A stretch of 64,000 bases of DNA from the IMG/VR virus record IMGVR_UViG_2974707348_000001, positions 59,024 to 123,023 of that record; one strand, 5' to 3'. The DNA is from a virus. Taxonomy: Duplodnaviria > Caudoviricetes. A program made the translations under genes and the position numbers. Within the stretch, counting starts at the first letter, position 1. Every line of letters begins with the position of its first letter. This document shows positions 37,501 to 47,526 of this stretch, one piece after another. The notes below the pieces were generated by a model. That model was not told the origin of the DNA. It made no database searches and saw nothing but the letters and a program-made list of their open reading frames with translations.

Positions 37501-40500
37501 TCCACCTGTCAAACCATTACTCAAACCTGCAATTACATATCCACCCAATTCCTCGAATACACGAGATGGTGAGTGAATACCTAATGCTGATTTGAATCTT
37601 GATACCATGTCATCAGCAAGCCTTTGGAGAGGACTTGAAGCTGAACTCATGTTGTCACTAATACCCTTACCAATCTGAGCAGGGATTTTGCTTGCAATTC
37701 CATATAGTCCAGCAGCTCCAGCACGCAAAGCATGTTGCATAGCTGTTGACATATTATTAACTGCACTGACGGAACTAGTACCCATTTCTCGTATTTTACG
37801 AACGACATTTTGTCTAGTCCATTCTCCACGAGAAACGATATTTTGTGTTCCGCTATTCCAGCTACTAACCATTGAAGATGTAGTTTGACTTATTATAGAT
37901 GGTAATGTTTGTCTTACAGTATTCCAAATTCCAGTCAATGATTGCACTACTGCAACAGATGTATTTTGATAGTTAATAAGTGAACTAGCATCAAAAACCA
38001 TTTGTGCATTTGCTTGAGCTATCGCAGTCGCAACCATTCCACCAAAGCTAGAAAGTATTCCAGCAACTTCGTTCATTTTGGTTTGAACTTGATTTTTTAA
38101 GTTATCAAGAGAGCTAGTGTCTACACTTCCAATTTTTAAACTAGCAGATAAGACACCTTTGATATACCCCATATCACCTGATAAAGCATTCTTCATTCTT
38201 GTTGATTGAGCAACAATTTCATCGACTCTTTTTGCAAAGTCTTCTGGCAAATCAAATGAACCTTTAACTGAAAATGAGATAGAACCAGCTTTTGATTTTA
38301 TATTATCAATTGCTGTTGAAGCTTCGGTTGCTCTCTTAGCGATATCCGCTAATTGTCCAGCTAAAGTTTGAACTAAAGGAGATTTTCCTAATACATTTGT
38401 ATCTAAGAGATTTCCTGTTGCACCAGTTTGATTTCCGATAGATTCAATCAGTCTACTCAATTCTCCCGATTTATTTTGGAGGTCTTCAACCGAAGTTTTA
38501 GCTTGACTTAAATTACCCAAGTCTACTGGTAAAACCGCTGTTTTAAAAGTGATAGGGGTTTCAGCTTTTTTAGTGATATTATTGATTGTTTCTGTAACAG
38601 GATTGAGTCCTAGTGTGTCACCTTGAGCTTTAACAGTTACGGTTGTCCCATCACTTTGTTTAAGTGTATCTGTTTTTTTCTGTGCTTCATCTACAGAACT
38701 GCTATCTACATTAACTTTTCCTTCTGTTGTTTGTCCAGCAGATTTATGCATTTCATCAGATGCTTTTTTTGCATCATCTATTGATATTTTTGCATTATCC
38801 GCACCTTTACCCGCTTGTGTGAATAATGTATACTCAGAACCATTAGGCATTTGAATTTTGTAGGTAAATCCATCTACTTCATTACCAGTTTGAACAAGCT
38901 TACCATTTAATGCTTCAATCTCTTTATTTGCTTCTACCATCCAAGTGTTTTTATCACCTTTTTTATTTAAAGCAAATTCTAGCTGACCTTGTTTACCTAT
39001 AACTGTTTCAATATGGTCTCCGACATATTGATATTGAGAGGATATTCCAGAAATCCATTGTTGCAGTGCACCTTGGTCATCTGGAGCTTGTTGTAATTTC
39101 GAAAAGTTGTCAGACAATAACCCAGTTGCTATTTGTACTTTATCCATTGAATGTCCTGTTGCATCAGCACCAGCTGACAACTCATACAAAGTTCTTACAT
39201 TATTTTCTGCGTCTTTAAATCCAATTGAAAGAGCATTTGTTGTTTCATCTTTTACTACAACTAATTTATCACCATATTTCTCTACTAAACCATTTAACTG
39301 GTCAAAATAAGATAACTTAGAACCATCAAGCATTTGGAAACTCTTAACAAACTGACCACTCTTATCAGTTGTTATTGTAAATTGACCCTGTAATTGACTA
39401 AGATTTTTTTGTAATCCATTAAATAAATTATTTTCATTATTTTTATCAGTTGGATTTTTTGTCATCTCATCAATAGCTTTTTGTAATTCTCCTGCATGTT
39501 TATCTACTTCTTCCTTATTTCCTTTTAAAGATAAAATAAGTTCAGCATTTATGTCTGTTACCCCTTTTTTAGCATAAGATAACATTGTTTGGAGTAGGTT
39601 CAATCCTTCTTGTGACATATCAGGAAAAGCTTCTCTGAGTTTGTCGGCTGGCATATTAGCTAGAGCTGTAATTTCTGTAGCAGATTTACCATTCATTGCC
39701 TTATATGCTTCGTATATTTCTGTTGTCTTGTTGCGTATTTGGTCAGAGGCAACACCTGTTTTTGCAGACAGCTCATCTATTTTTGCTGTAACATCAGAAG
39801 AACTATTAAATACATCAATATTTAATCCTTTTAAAGAGGATAAGAGTTCTAACTTACTAGAAACATCTTCTGATTCTCCATCTTTTAATCCTAAGAGTTC
39901 TTTTTGTGCATCTATAGCTTTATATGTTGAATTAGTCATGCTATCAACATCATTAGAATATGACGTTAGAGCGTCCGATGCTATTTGAGCTTGAATTTTT
40001 TGATTACCTAATTCAGTACCAAGTTCCATAGTATATCTCTTGGCATCATTTGTTGAGAATCCTAGATTTTCTAGTTTGGTAATAAAATCAGATGTATTAA
40101 AATCTTTAGAATTAGAAGCCATATCTGAAATAGCAGAGGATAACATTTTAATCTGTTCTGGTGCTTTTCCTGATTTTTTAGTCGCATCACTCATTGATGC
40201 ACCTATTTTATCAAGAAGTGCTACTGCCTTTTCTCCACCACTTCCACCTATACTAGAAACTTGTTTGTATGCTTCTGTGACTGCCGTACCAAATTCTTTA
40301 ACTTTACCCTTTAGATTTTCTTGGGATTTAGCATAATCTTTTGATAATTCTTTACTATCAACAGAATATTGATTTATCTTAGCAAAGGAATCAATCATTC
40401 CTTTTCCTGCGTCCGACACCCCTTTCATAGCCCCTTTTGATGTTAACCAAGCTTGTGTATTTTCAGATATTTTTGTTGCATTGTCTGCTAATTGTTTTGA

Positions 40501-43500
40501 TATTTTACTTTTAGACTCGCTTATTTCCAAATCCATAGTTTTTATTTGATTTGGAATTTGTCCACTTTTGTCTTTACCGCTATCTAATACTTCTTGAAGA
40601 TTCTTTATTTCTTTAGTATAATATTGTATGTTTTCATATTCTTTTTTATATTTAGCTTCTCTATCAGACATATCGGAAGAAAACTTCTTATCTTTTTCTT
40701 TTAATCTCTCAGCATTTAATTTTGATGTAGCTTCTGCTTCTTTTTTAATGACTTCTGTTGCCTTTAAATGTGCTTTACCATTGGCATCTGTATACGCTAT
40801 TGCATTTGGTAAAATATTTGCAAGTTCTTTTACAGTGTTATTATATTCTTCTTCTTGCTTAGAATCTAACTTACCAGATTCTTTGGCTTTATTTAATTTG
40901 TCATATTTAGCAATGATGTCATCAAAATTATTTCCATATTTATTAAATTGTTCGATGGATTTATCTACATTTGAGTTGTATTTATTTATTAAATCTTCTT
41001 GATGTTTTTTAGCTTTAATTATCTTTTCGGTTAAAAACCCAATACCAGCCATCAAAACTGTCAAACCTAGCGTTACACCTGCTGTTGATGTTGCAAATGT
41101 TAGCATAGCAGAACTTAATCCTGAAAGTGTACCTTTTGTTACAGTTAATGAATTTGAAAGGAATCCTTGTACAGCACCCAATTCTTTAGTTGAATCTTTT
41201 GCTATTTTCATTTCTGTTGTTGTTTTTTTGAAGGAGTCTTTGAAACTGTCAAATATTTTTGTGAATCCGAGTTTTTCTGACATTCCCATAGTTAATAATT
41301 GTACTTCATCACTAAGATACTTAAGAGAATTTTTTGAATCAATACTTTTTTTAGCTACAGTAGAAAGACTCTTTCCAAGTCCTCCAAAAGTAGAACCTAG
41401 TAACGTGACAGTTCCAAGCATAGCTGGCAATGCACCAATACTCCCAACTACTTTAACTGCAACATCTCCTAGTTTTGCTAGAGAGTCTATTCCTACCATC
41501 ATTCCATCCGATAAGAATGCTTTCCCAATAGCTAATGCCAATTCAGTAAAGCGAGTCTTTAATGCGTTAACTTTCGCTTCGAAAGATTGCATGTAAACTC
41601 CTTGTTCTTTCATTGCTGAATTACTAGAATTTAAACCTGCATTTGTTGCATCTAACCCCATTTGCCAATTGTTCATATATGCCAAGAAACGTGATAACTG
41701 GTTACGACCTGCTATTGTTACACCAATATTTTGTTGTTGCTCTGCTGTAAGACCTTGCCATTTACCAGCCAATTCTCCTAGAATATCATTAACAGGTTTC
41801 ATTTCCAATCCATTATCACCCATTTTTCGAATAGAAATTCCTACTGAATCTAAAATATCAATAGAGGGTTGCATTGTTGTTATGCGTGAATAAATTGTTT
41901 TTAAAGAGTTACCGATTATAGCACCCGATTCTTGAGTAACTGCACCGATTGCAGTTGTAGCACCTGCAACCTCTTCCATCGAAACCCCAAAGGTTTTAGC
42001 TGTTCCTCCTGCTTTTGATAGAGATTCAGCAAGTTGTTTTGTTGAGATTGAGTAATTGTTATCTATTTCATTTAATGCGTCTACAATATGAAGAGATTCG
42101 TCTGCTGATATGTTGAAAGCATTCATCGTTCCAACTAAACTAGAAACCGATTCATCAAGGTTCAAATCTGAAACATTAGACATAATTACGGCTGTCTTTG
42201 TTGCAGTTAATAATTGTTGTTCCGACAAATCACCAAAAGTTCGAGAATACTCACCCAATGCATCCAAAATATCATGAACGTTATTTCCCAACTCTTTAGA
42301 TTGCGTTATAGCACCAGTTAAAAGATTATCTGTATTGATTCCTGCACCAGCAACACGTTGGATTTCAATCATTTGTTTATTGGTTTCCATTATCTCACTA
42401 CTAATACCTTTAAACCCATTAACAACAGCGAATATTCCTTGCATAGACAAGATATAACCAGGGATGCGTTTCATAGCAATTCCCATTTGTTCCATAAATC
42501 CCAATGATTTATTCTCATTGTCAACAATGGCTTTTCCCGTTTCTTTAACAGCCATCTGAGTTGCTGTTTGGGATTTATTCATCTGGAAGGTGTAGGCTTC
42601 TACAGTTTTCCCTGTCCCAGCCATTTTAACTTTTACTTCATTTACAGCTTGTCCAAACTGATTTGTTTTTTCTGTTACCGAAATAGTGTTGACTTCGCCT
42701 TGTTTTAATTCTCCAAAATATCTCTTTAAAGCAGAGGTATCAACTGTCCCACCATTTAAAGCTCCAAAAATTCCACTTTGAATATTCTTTAGTTTAGGGT
42801 TACTAGCACTAGCACTTATCAACTCAAAGTTACGAATCATATCTTTTTGGTCACGTTTTGCCTCATCTAATTCTAATGATAAAGTCCGACCAAGTTGTTT
42901 TACTGCTTCTATAGATGTTTTTGATGCCGTACCTAATTGGTCAATAGCACTGCTTGCTTCTCCATCACCATATTTTCCGATATCTTTTAAACTTTGAATT
43001 AATTTCTCTACGGCACGTTGTTGTTGAGCCATACTAGTAACTGCACTTGAATTACTAGAAGCCATTTGAATTTCTTTAAGAGAAAGTTGTACAGTTTTTA
43101 ACTTCATCATAGATTCTGTTAATTCTTGAACACTATTCGATTGGTGCTTAATTGCATTTATCTGACCAAGAATATCACTTGTACGATTCATTGCTTGCTG
43201 TTGATTTGCACCACCTGACATATTATTTCTAATACGACTATATTGTGCCTCTGTTTCCTGCAATGATTTAATGAGTTTTTCACGAGTTTTGAATACTTGT
43301 TCATCACTCTTATATTGTGCTTGTAATGCTTTTAATCTTGAAGAAGTCGCATCTAACTGATGTGAATCCATACCTTTCAGATTTGCACCCAGTTTCTGAA
43401 TTTCTACTGATGCTTTAGAAATATCTGGAATCATTGACGATACTGTTTGATTCAGGTTTCTTTGTAAAGCTTCACGTTTTTGTTGAGCAACTACAAGTTC

Positions 43501-44403
43501 CTTTTCAGCTCTAATAGCTTTATTAAGTGTTTCAATTTCATTAGTAGAGATAAATTTTTGGTTTTTAAGTTTGTCGAACATCTCAACTGAGTTAGAGTCT
43601 TTGAGGTTTGTTTTCAAGACTTTAACAGTTTCGCTAAGAGATTCCATTTGTCTACGAGCTTTATTTGTTTGAGCTTCCATCTTATTGACTTCTGACTCTT
43701 TCATCAACTCAAATCCACCAGTATCTTTGAGTTTAAACATAGCTGTATACATTTCGCCAGTTTCTTTTTTAACTGTTGCTGACATTGTTTCTACATTTGT
43801 TGTATAATCACGAAAAACTTTAGTTGAAAATTCTCCACCACCAAAAGCTTCTGTCATGTATCTTTTAACATCTGTAAGGTTATTTTTGATATTGGCTGTA
43901 GTCTTATCACTCATGATATTACCAGCTTCACTATCAGAAACCTCTTTTACTTTTTTGAGAGCTGTTGCATAGTCTTTTTCAAAATCATTAATAATCTTTT
44001 TGATTTTACCAAGTTCACCTGCAATACGAAGAGCAGAGCCATTGACGTCAACATCAACATTTAGCTTGATAGGTTTAATGCTAGGAGACTTCTGAATCTT
44101 TGCTTGAATTTGTTGAATTTGATTGCTAAGGTTTTTAATAGAACTATCAATAGTAACATCAAGCTTAATAGCATTTTGAATTGAAGAAGAAGTATTAATT
44201 TTGTTTTGTAATTCTTTAAGTTTAGAGTTGATATCTTTGATATTATCTGATAACTCTACACCAATTTTAATAGAGAGGTCTTTATTTCCATTGATTAAAG
44301 ACTGCAATCCTTTTTTGATTTCTTCTGCCGAACGTTGTTTGTCGATACCAACAGCAATATCTATTTTGTTGGATTTTAATATTGCTTGTAATTGATTTGC
44401 CAA
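34570..44403 (-). CDS. Tape measure protein (3277 aa) with lytic transglycosylase and LysM domains
   Basis: TP901-like TMP core (DxLNxxxN..IGNSLKTI); QTESGGNP..GLMQ SLT motif; HTVVNGDTLWDLAKKYYG LysM. Confidence 0.92.
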   Translation of the reverse strand: MANQLQAILKSNKIDIAVGIDKQRSAEEIKKGLQSLINGNKDLSIKIGVELSDNIKDINSKLKELQNKINTSSSIQNAIKLDVTIDSSIKNLSNQIQQIQAKIQKSPSIKPIKLNVDVDVNGSALRIAGELGKIKKIINDFEKDYATALKKVKEVSDSEAGNIMSDKTTANIKNNLTDVKRYMTEAFGGGEFSTKVFRDYTTNVETMSATVKKETGEMYTAMFKLKDTGGFELMKESEVNKMEAQTNKARRQMESLSETVKVLKTNLKDSNSVEMFDKLKNQKFISTNEIETLNKAIRAEKELVVAQQKREALQRNLNQTVSSMIPDISKASVEIQKLGANLKGMDSHQLDATSSRLKALQAQYKSDEQVFKTREKLIKSLQETEAQYSRIRNNMSGGANQQQAMNRTSDILGQINAIKHQSNSVQELTESMMKLKTVQLSLKEIQMASSNSSAVTSMAQQQRAVEKLIQSLKDIGKYGDGEASSAIDQLGTASKTSIEAVKQLGRTLSLELDEAKRDQKDMIRNFELISASASNPKLKNIQSGIFGALNGGTVDTSALKRYFGELKQGEVNTISVTEKTNQFGQAVNEVKVKMAGTGKTVEAYTFQMNKSQTATQMAVKETGKAIVDNENKSLGFMEQMGIAMKRIPGYILSMQGIFAVVNGFKGISSEIMETNKQMIEIQRVAGAGINTDNLLTGAITQSKELGNNVHDILDALGEYSRTFGDLSEQQLLTATKTAVIMSNVSDLNLDESVSSLVGTMNAFNISADESLHIVDALNEIDNNYSISTKQLAESLSKAGGTAKTFGVSMEEVAGATTAIGAVTQESGAIIGNSLKTIYSRITTMQPSIDILDSVGISIRKMGDNGLEMKPVNDILGELAGKWQGLTAEQQQNIGVTIAGRNQLSRFLAYMNNWQMGLDATNAGLNSSNSAMKEQGVYMQSFEAKVNALKTRFTELALAIGKAFLSDGMMVGIDSLAKLGDVAVKVVGSIGALPAMLGTVTLLGSTFGGLGKSLSTVAKKSIDSKNSLKYLSDEVQLLTMGMSEKLGFTKIFDSFKDSFKKTTTEMKIAKDSTKELGAVQGFLSNSLTVTKGTLSGLSSAMLTFATSTAGVTLGLTVLMAGIGFLTEKIIKAKKHQEDLINKYNSNVDKSIEQFNKYGNNFDDIIAKYDKLNKAKESGKLDSKQEEEYNNTVKELANILPNAIAYTDANGKAHLKATEVIKKEAEATSKLNAERLKEKDKKFSSDMSDREAKYKKEYENIQYYTKEIKNLQEVLDSGKDKSGQIPNQIKTMDLEISESKSKISKQLADNATKISENTQAWLTSKGAMKGVSDAGKGMIDSFAKINQYSVDSKELSKDYAKSQENLKGKVKEFGTAVTEAYKQVSSIGGSGGEKAVALLDKIGASMSDATKKSGKAPEQIKMLSSAISDMASNSKDFNTSDFITKLENLGFSTNDAKRYTMELGTELGNQKIQAQIASDALTSYSNDVDSMTNSTYKAIDAQKELLGLKDGESEDVSSKLELLSSLKGLNIDVFNSSSDVTAKIDELSAKTGVASDQIRNKTTEIYEAYKAMNGKSATEITALANMPADKLREAFPDMSQEGLNLLQTMLSYAKKGVTDINAELILSLKGNKEEVDKHAGELQKAIDEMTKNPTDKNNENNLFNGLQKNLSQLQGQFTITTDKSGQFVKSFQMLDGSKLSYFDQLNGLVEKYGDKLVVVKDETTNALSIGFKDAENNVRTLYELSAGADATGHSMDKVQIATGLLSDNFSKLQQAPDDQGALQQWISGISSQYQYVGDHIETVIGKQGQLEFALNKKGDKNTWMVEANKEIEALNGKLVQTGNEVDGFTYKIQMPNGSEYTLFTQAGKGADNAKISIDDAKKASDEMHKSAGQTTEGKVNVDSSSVDEAQKKTDTLKQSDGTTVTVKAQGDTLGLNPVTETINNITKKAETPITFKTAVLPVDLGNLSQAKTSVEDLQNKSGELSRLIESIGNQTGATGNLLDTNVLGKSPLVQTLAGQLADIAKRATEASTAIDNIKSKAGSISFSVKGSFDLPEDFAKRVDEIVAQSTRMKNALSGDMGYIKGVLSASLKIGSVDTSSLDNLKNQVQTKMNEVAGILSSFGGMVATAIAQANAQMVFDASSLINYQNTSVAVVQSLTGIWNTVRQTLPSIISQTTSSMVSSWNSGTQNIVSRGEWTRQNVVRKIREMGTSSVSAVNNMSTAMQHALRAGAAGLYGIASKIPAQIGKGISDNMSSASSPLQRLADDMVSRFKSALGIHSPSRVFEELGGYVIAGLSNGLTGGNLKELGKEVFKDFGGGVFDTLDKIKAYVSGDFSALAGAFGGGGGAPGIAGAGVQQWTGVASKALMMTGQFTPQNLQALLYQMQTESGGNPMAINGWDVNAVNGTPSKGLMQVIDPTFQANKMPGYNNIYAPLDNILASIRYALGRYGSLVNAYSGHGYYNGGFVDTPELAWHGEEGEEAIIPLIPQRRDRGIDLWLQTAQKLGLGSLFGIRGTNGMGALGGGFAGSEGESGSGSSGEGGAGTYVPSITPAIQTMQEFIPVFGESAGNSLDALYNRDTAGLTIDQTQTRIDKSEAVLKRLIENTVAYRNQLLGIQSLNKSLLNQQQAQYQAMINRQNVVARELEGLRHTNQHTEAQRKRYNELQQEYDTNSGNIWKLETQIENLNNEIRQSDINIYLDYIADIGNNWDKTIGSIQKAKDVLSFQNEKLQYTNPNDVGQQLKIQYEMIEQQQKLELTYKNQVAKYQAEYNNASEKYGASSKQAIEMQKMLENAQKNYNSAVLETLKEQKSVADARGKVAQDEVSSLKNYYKQMQTLSKQSTEKELANLKTTHDAKIKSYDDEISKINEVYDAKVKERDSEKAEETYAKKMEDFNAKRADFMQKISLASRDNSLEGKKALSDLQKQLTDLNKDITDTQLERQDTLWKEQLDKQKQEQLDKVNKNKDNENTNYDNNVSEVNDKSKQIQDYYNKLISDDTLWKNAVDKWNAGDTNVLTQMMNDMQEELSNLMSGDGKGIMGTENLSPDDIKSIVGDNLTDVSNIWLGIKDQLTELNSINKNLDDLNASQQKGNDVNNPNYTTNETSSFIAHRNVTPYLPPEQPATPATQNGVKATHTVVNGDTLWDLAKKYYGNYYQWTKIQKANGGIDPYRVPIGRKLLIPFDTGGYTGDWFGNQGKVAMLHKKEMVLNKNQTSDILKTVSIVDKTKNQLNDFIKSIQASKTGNSLVVGDMQFNFENYRGDKEGAVRFADEVMDRLKSRR

Positions 44404-44420
44404 GTTTCACTCTCCTTTTA

Positions 44421-45413
44421 TTAAAATAATGCATCTATCTCATCTTCATCATCTCTTACGATATATATTTCTGTTGTGCTAGACGAATTATGTCCTAGTA
44501 ATTGCTGAACAGCTTTGATGTCTTTTCCGTCCTCAACAACACTGTTAGTTGCCCTAGAGCTTCTAAGTAAGTGAGGATGGACTTTTTTACCGAGGAATTT
44601 ACCCCATTGTGTACACCAAGCGTTAAACATGTCTGGTGAAATTTGTTTATATTCACCTGTTTCTTTAGAACGAGAAACGAACATGTATTCACAATCATCT
44701 TCTCCACGTTCTTCAATCCATTTTTGAAGAGCAACCATAGCATCTTCACCGAATTGGAATTTTCTTATTTTTCCTGTCTTACCACGACCCTTGGCACGTA
44801 TGCTGTGGGTCATATAATAGTTTTTTTCAACCCCTTTTGGATTGACATACTTATTGTATTCAACTACTTCTTTCTTAAGCTGACGTGACTCTTCTCGTCT
44901 ACAACCAGTTTGATAAGTATAAGTAAGATAAGCTAATTGTTGCCATCTTTTATTGTCCATTAAATGTTGAGTTAATTTTTTAATCTCAGCACTTGTTAAT
45001 GGAACTTTTTCTTTCTTCTTCTGATTCCCAACATTAGGAACAGCTTTTGTAAATATGTTCCGTACATTAGGATACTCATCAGACCAGAATGCTTCAATGT
45101 GTAAATAGAATGCACTTACAACACTTCGTTTAAATTTAATAGCTGAATCACTAAGACCAATATCTACTAATTTATTTTGATACCTCATTGCATCACGAAT
45201 TTTTAATTCTGTAACAGGTTTATTACCTAGTTCGTCATAAACAAACTTACAAAAGATATATAGACCAGATTTATATTGCTTTAAAGTCTGGTCACTCTTT
45301 TGTGATTGTCGTAAAAAATCTTCTACCAATTCAACTGTGATAGGGTCTGCAAGTTTCTTAAATTCCTCATCTGAGAAACCAAGAATCTTTGCATTTTTTT
45401 CGTAAAGTTTCAT
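44421..45413 (-). CDS. Tyrosine recombinase (SPbeta YomM-like position)
   Basis: TGCRREE, KG, HxxR (HLLR), LLGH and TxxY catalytic residues. Confidence 0.9.
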   Translation of the reverse strand: MKLYEKNAKILGFSDEEFKKLADPITVELVEDFLRQSQKSDQTLKQYKSGLYIFCKFVYDELGNKPVTELKIRDAMRYQNKLVDIGLSDSAIKFKRSVVSAFYLHIEAFWSDEYPNVRNIFTKAVPNVGNQKKKEKVPLTSAEIKKLTQHLMDNKRWQQLAYLTYTYQTGCRREESRQLKKEVVEYNKYVNPKGVEKNYYMTHSIRAKGRGKTGKIRKFQFGEDAMVALQKWIEERGEDDCEYMFVSRSKETGEYKQISPDMFNAWCTQWGKFLGKKVHPHLLRSSRATNSVVEDGKDIKAVQQLLGHNSSSTTEIYIVRDDEDEIDALF

Positions 45414-45892
45414 TGTTTACCACCAGTCCATTTTATTTCTAATTTTATATTATCAGGTAAAGCTCTGCTTATTTCAGACTCAACTCTCTCTATGATATGC
45501 AATGGCGGTGAATAAGCGAACCTGTCAGGTTTAGCACCAAAAGAACCCCAACCATCATTCATTGCCATGAATACGTTACGCTTAGCTCCACCTTTGTTGA
45601 AATCATATTGTTTCATATAACTGTCTTCAAATTGAACGCTGATTTCAAGAGTACCATCATGTTTTAAAGCAACCTTTTTATCAAGTTTGATACCTTGACG
45701 TGTTCTGCCTGTTCTGACATATTGCTTTGGAGTATATGAATGAAGGTATTCATCCCATTTACTAAGAAATGATTTATGCAAGTCTTGACCTAATTTATTT
45801 AATTCTTTTTTGTAGTATTTTTTGGCTTCATCTTCAAGTTCTCTTTTTAAAGATTCTACAACCTGATTAGCCCAAACATCAATATTTTCCAT
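45410..45892 (-). CDS. Putative neck/tail-completion protein
   Basis: YTPxxYxRTG motif; ATG 45892 after GGAG. Confidence 0.55.
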   Translation of the reverse strand: MENIDVWANQVVESLKRELEDEAKKYYKKELNKLGQDLHKSFLSKWDEYLHSYTPKQYVRTGRTRQGIKLDKKVALKHDGTLEISVQFEDSYMKQYDFNKGGAKRNVFMAMNDGWGSFGAKPDRFAYSPPLHIIERVESEISRALPDNIKLEIKWTGGKQ

Positions 45893-45986
45893 TCTTACAC
45901 TCCAAAACAAAAAAAATGATTGAACTAAAAATCCAACCATTTTTTTATTAATCTTTCACTTAAATGTTAGTTATTTAGTGGTTATC

Positions 45987-46604
45987 TTATTTTTTATTGT
46001 CTTTTTCAATTTTTTCAATTTGCAAACGTAAGTCTTCTGTTTTTTTAGTAATTTCATCTGTTTCACGAGAAATTTTATCTGTAATTTCCTTAATCAAAGA
46101 TTGAATAGATTCAGGAAGATTTTCAGAAATATCATTAAAAATTCCAACATCCATTAAGTCAATTAAGAAGTTTTGTTTGTCTTCAATTGTTTCACCGACT
46201 TCAAAATCAGAGAACACAGCGAGGATGTCTACAACTACAAATGAACCTGCAATAATATCAAACTCATTTTTGAATCCTTCATTTTGTTTGTATAGCTCCA
46301 TAATGAGACCATCTTGCTTTTCATCTTCCGAAAGAAAATATGAAAGAGTTTCTCGAATTTTAGTCTCAATTTCTGCTTTTTTACTTTCAGTAGGTACAGT
46401 ATCAATATTATAGTAGAACTCTTCACCATCAATCGTAACTCCGACTTTCATAATTCCACGAGACTTTTTAATCTTCGCTTGAATCTGAGCAGGTGTTAAA
46501 TGTTTGGCTGTTTCTTTTTTGGCTGTAGTTTTAGTAGTTTTGGCTTTGGTAGTTTTTTTAGGTTTTTCCTCTTGTGTGATGTCAACTATTTTTTTATCTG
46601 TCAA
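45987..46604 (-). CDS. Putative tail assembly chaperone
   Basis: Position between the tail tube and TMP genes; acidic and helical with a Lys-rich N-terminus. Confidence 0.5.
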   Translation of the reverse strand: MTDKKIVDITQEEKPKKTTKAKTTKTTAKKETAKHLTPAQIQAKIKKSRGIMKVGVTIDGEEFYYNIDTVPTESKKAEIETKIRETLSYFLSEDEKQDGLIMELYKQNEGFKNEFDIIAGSFVVVDILAVFSDFEVGETIEDKQNFLIDLMDVGIFNDISENLPESIQSLIKEITDKISRETDEITKKTEDLRLQIEKIEKDNKK

Positions 46605-46636
46605 AGTGATTTCTCCTTTAATTCTTTCTTATTACT

Positions 46637-46665
46637 ATTATACCATAAAATGAGAAGAAACGCAA
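46637..46665 (-). promoter_or_regulatory. Promoter (variant -35)
   Basis: TTGCGT, 17 bp, TG-G-TATAAT on the - strand. Confidence 0.65.
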
Positions 46666-46672
46666 ATGCCAA

Positions 46673-47050
46673 TTATGCACTTCCCTCATTACCCTTTAGC
46701 TGGGATTCTAGTTCCTTTATTCTTTTCTTTAAATATCTATTCTCTTTGGTTAATATTTCAATCTTATCGGCTAATTCCTTTTCCATCCTATCTTTTTCAG
46801 CAATGATTTGAGTCTTATCATACCTTATCGTCATGTTGTCATTCTTTAGGATTTCATTCTCTTTTTCAATCTTATCAACCCTCTCTACCAAATGGTTGTA
46901 TCTTTCATCTGATAAGTTGATTTGAGCTGTCATTTTATCTATCAAACCATGTTCAGCCGTCTTTCTTGAATTGAACTGATTAAATAATAACCCTAAGAGT
47001 GCAACACCACCTGCACCACCAGCCCACTGTAATATATCAATCAGTTTCAT
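46673..47050 (-). CDS. Membrane-anchored coiled-coil protein
   Basis: N-terminal Gly-rich TM segment, then a long heptad region. Confidence 0.65.
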   Translation of the reverse strand: MKLIDILQWAGGAGGVALLGLLFNQFNSRKTAEHGLIDKMTAQINLSDERYNHLVERVDKIEKENEILKNDNMTIRYDKTQIIAEKDRMEKELADKIEILTKENRYLKKRIKELESQLKGNEGSA

Positions 47051-47456
47051 ATAGGAACACACTCGCTTTCATCATATATATTAATTGAACAATTATAGGT
47101 ATGATTAGTATATGTTTTACATTTGGTGTTTGTGATAGTCCTAAAATTAATTGGTTAAGGTATATCCATACCCAAACAACAGTAAGCAAAAATACTACTT
47201 TTCTATATGTCTGTGTTTTATTAATATACACAATGGCGAGAACTCCTAAAGATATAAAAAGAAGAGAAAAAAGAATGTCAAAGCCTTTATTCTCGGAAAA
47301 AGTAATAACAACTATCTTGGTATTGATAAAGTCTTTCAGAAGACTAATTATTCCAATCACTACGGTAACGAATGAAACTGTCCAATTAAACATCATTAAA
47401 CTTTTAATCTTTGAATCTCTGTATGCTTTAATAATTTTGAAAAAATCGTCATTCAT
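47037..47456 (-). CDS. Multi-pass membrane protein (about 4 TM)
   Basis: Four hydrophobic segments; AGGAGG RBS. Confidence 0.7.
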   Translation of the reverse strand: MNDDFFKIIKAYRDSKIKSLMMFNWTVSFVTVVIGIISLLKDFINTKIVVITFSENKGFDILFSLLFISLGVLAIVYINKTQTYRKVVFLLTVVWVWIYLNQLILGLSQTPNVKHILIIPIIVQLIYMMKASVFLYETD

Positions 47457-47474
47457 ATCTTCCTCCTTTCAAAC

Positions 47475-47509
47475 AAAAAAGGACTGAGCTACTTAACAGC
47501 CCAGTCCTT
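47475..47509 (-). terminator. Terminator after the major tail protein
   Basis: AAGGACTGGGCT...AGCTCAGTCCTT followed by a T run. Confidence 0.85.
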
Positions 47510-47526
47510 ATGTAGCGTATTATCTA

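Noticed and set aside
44421-45413. Lysogeny module or prophage boundary
   Set aside because: No repressor, excisionase or att-like intergenic space; the gene is coupled within the tail operon.
45987-46604. Programmed frameshift in the tail assembly chaperone
   Set aside because: No overlapping downstream ORF to shift into; the gene is followed by an intergenic hairpin.
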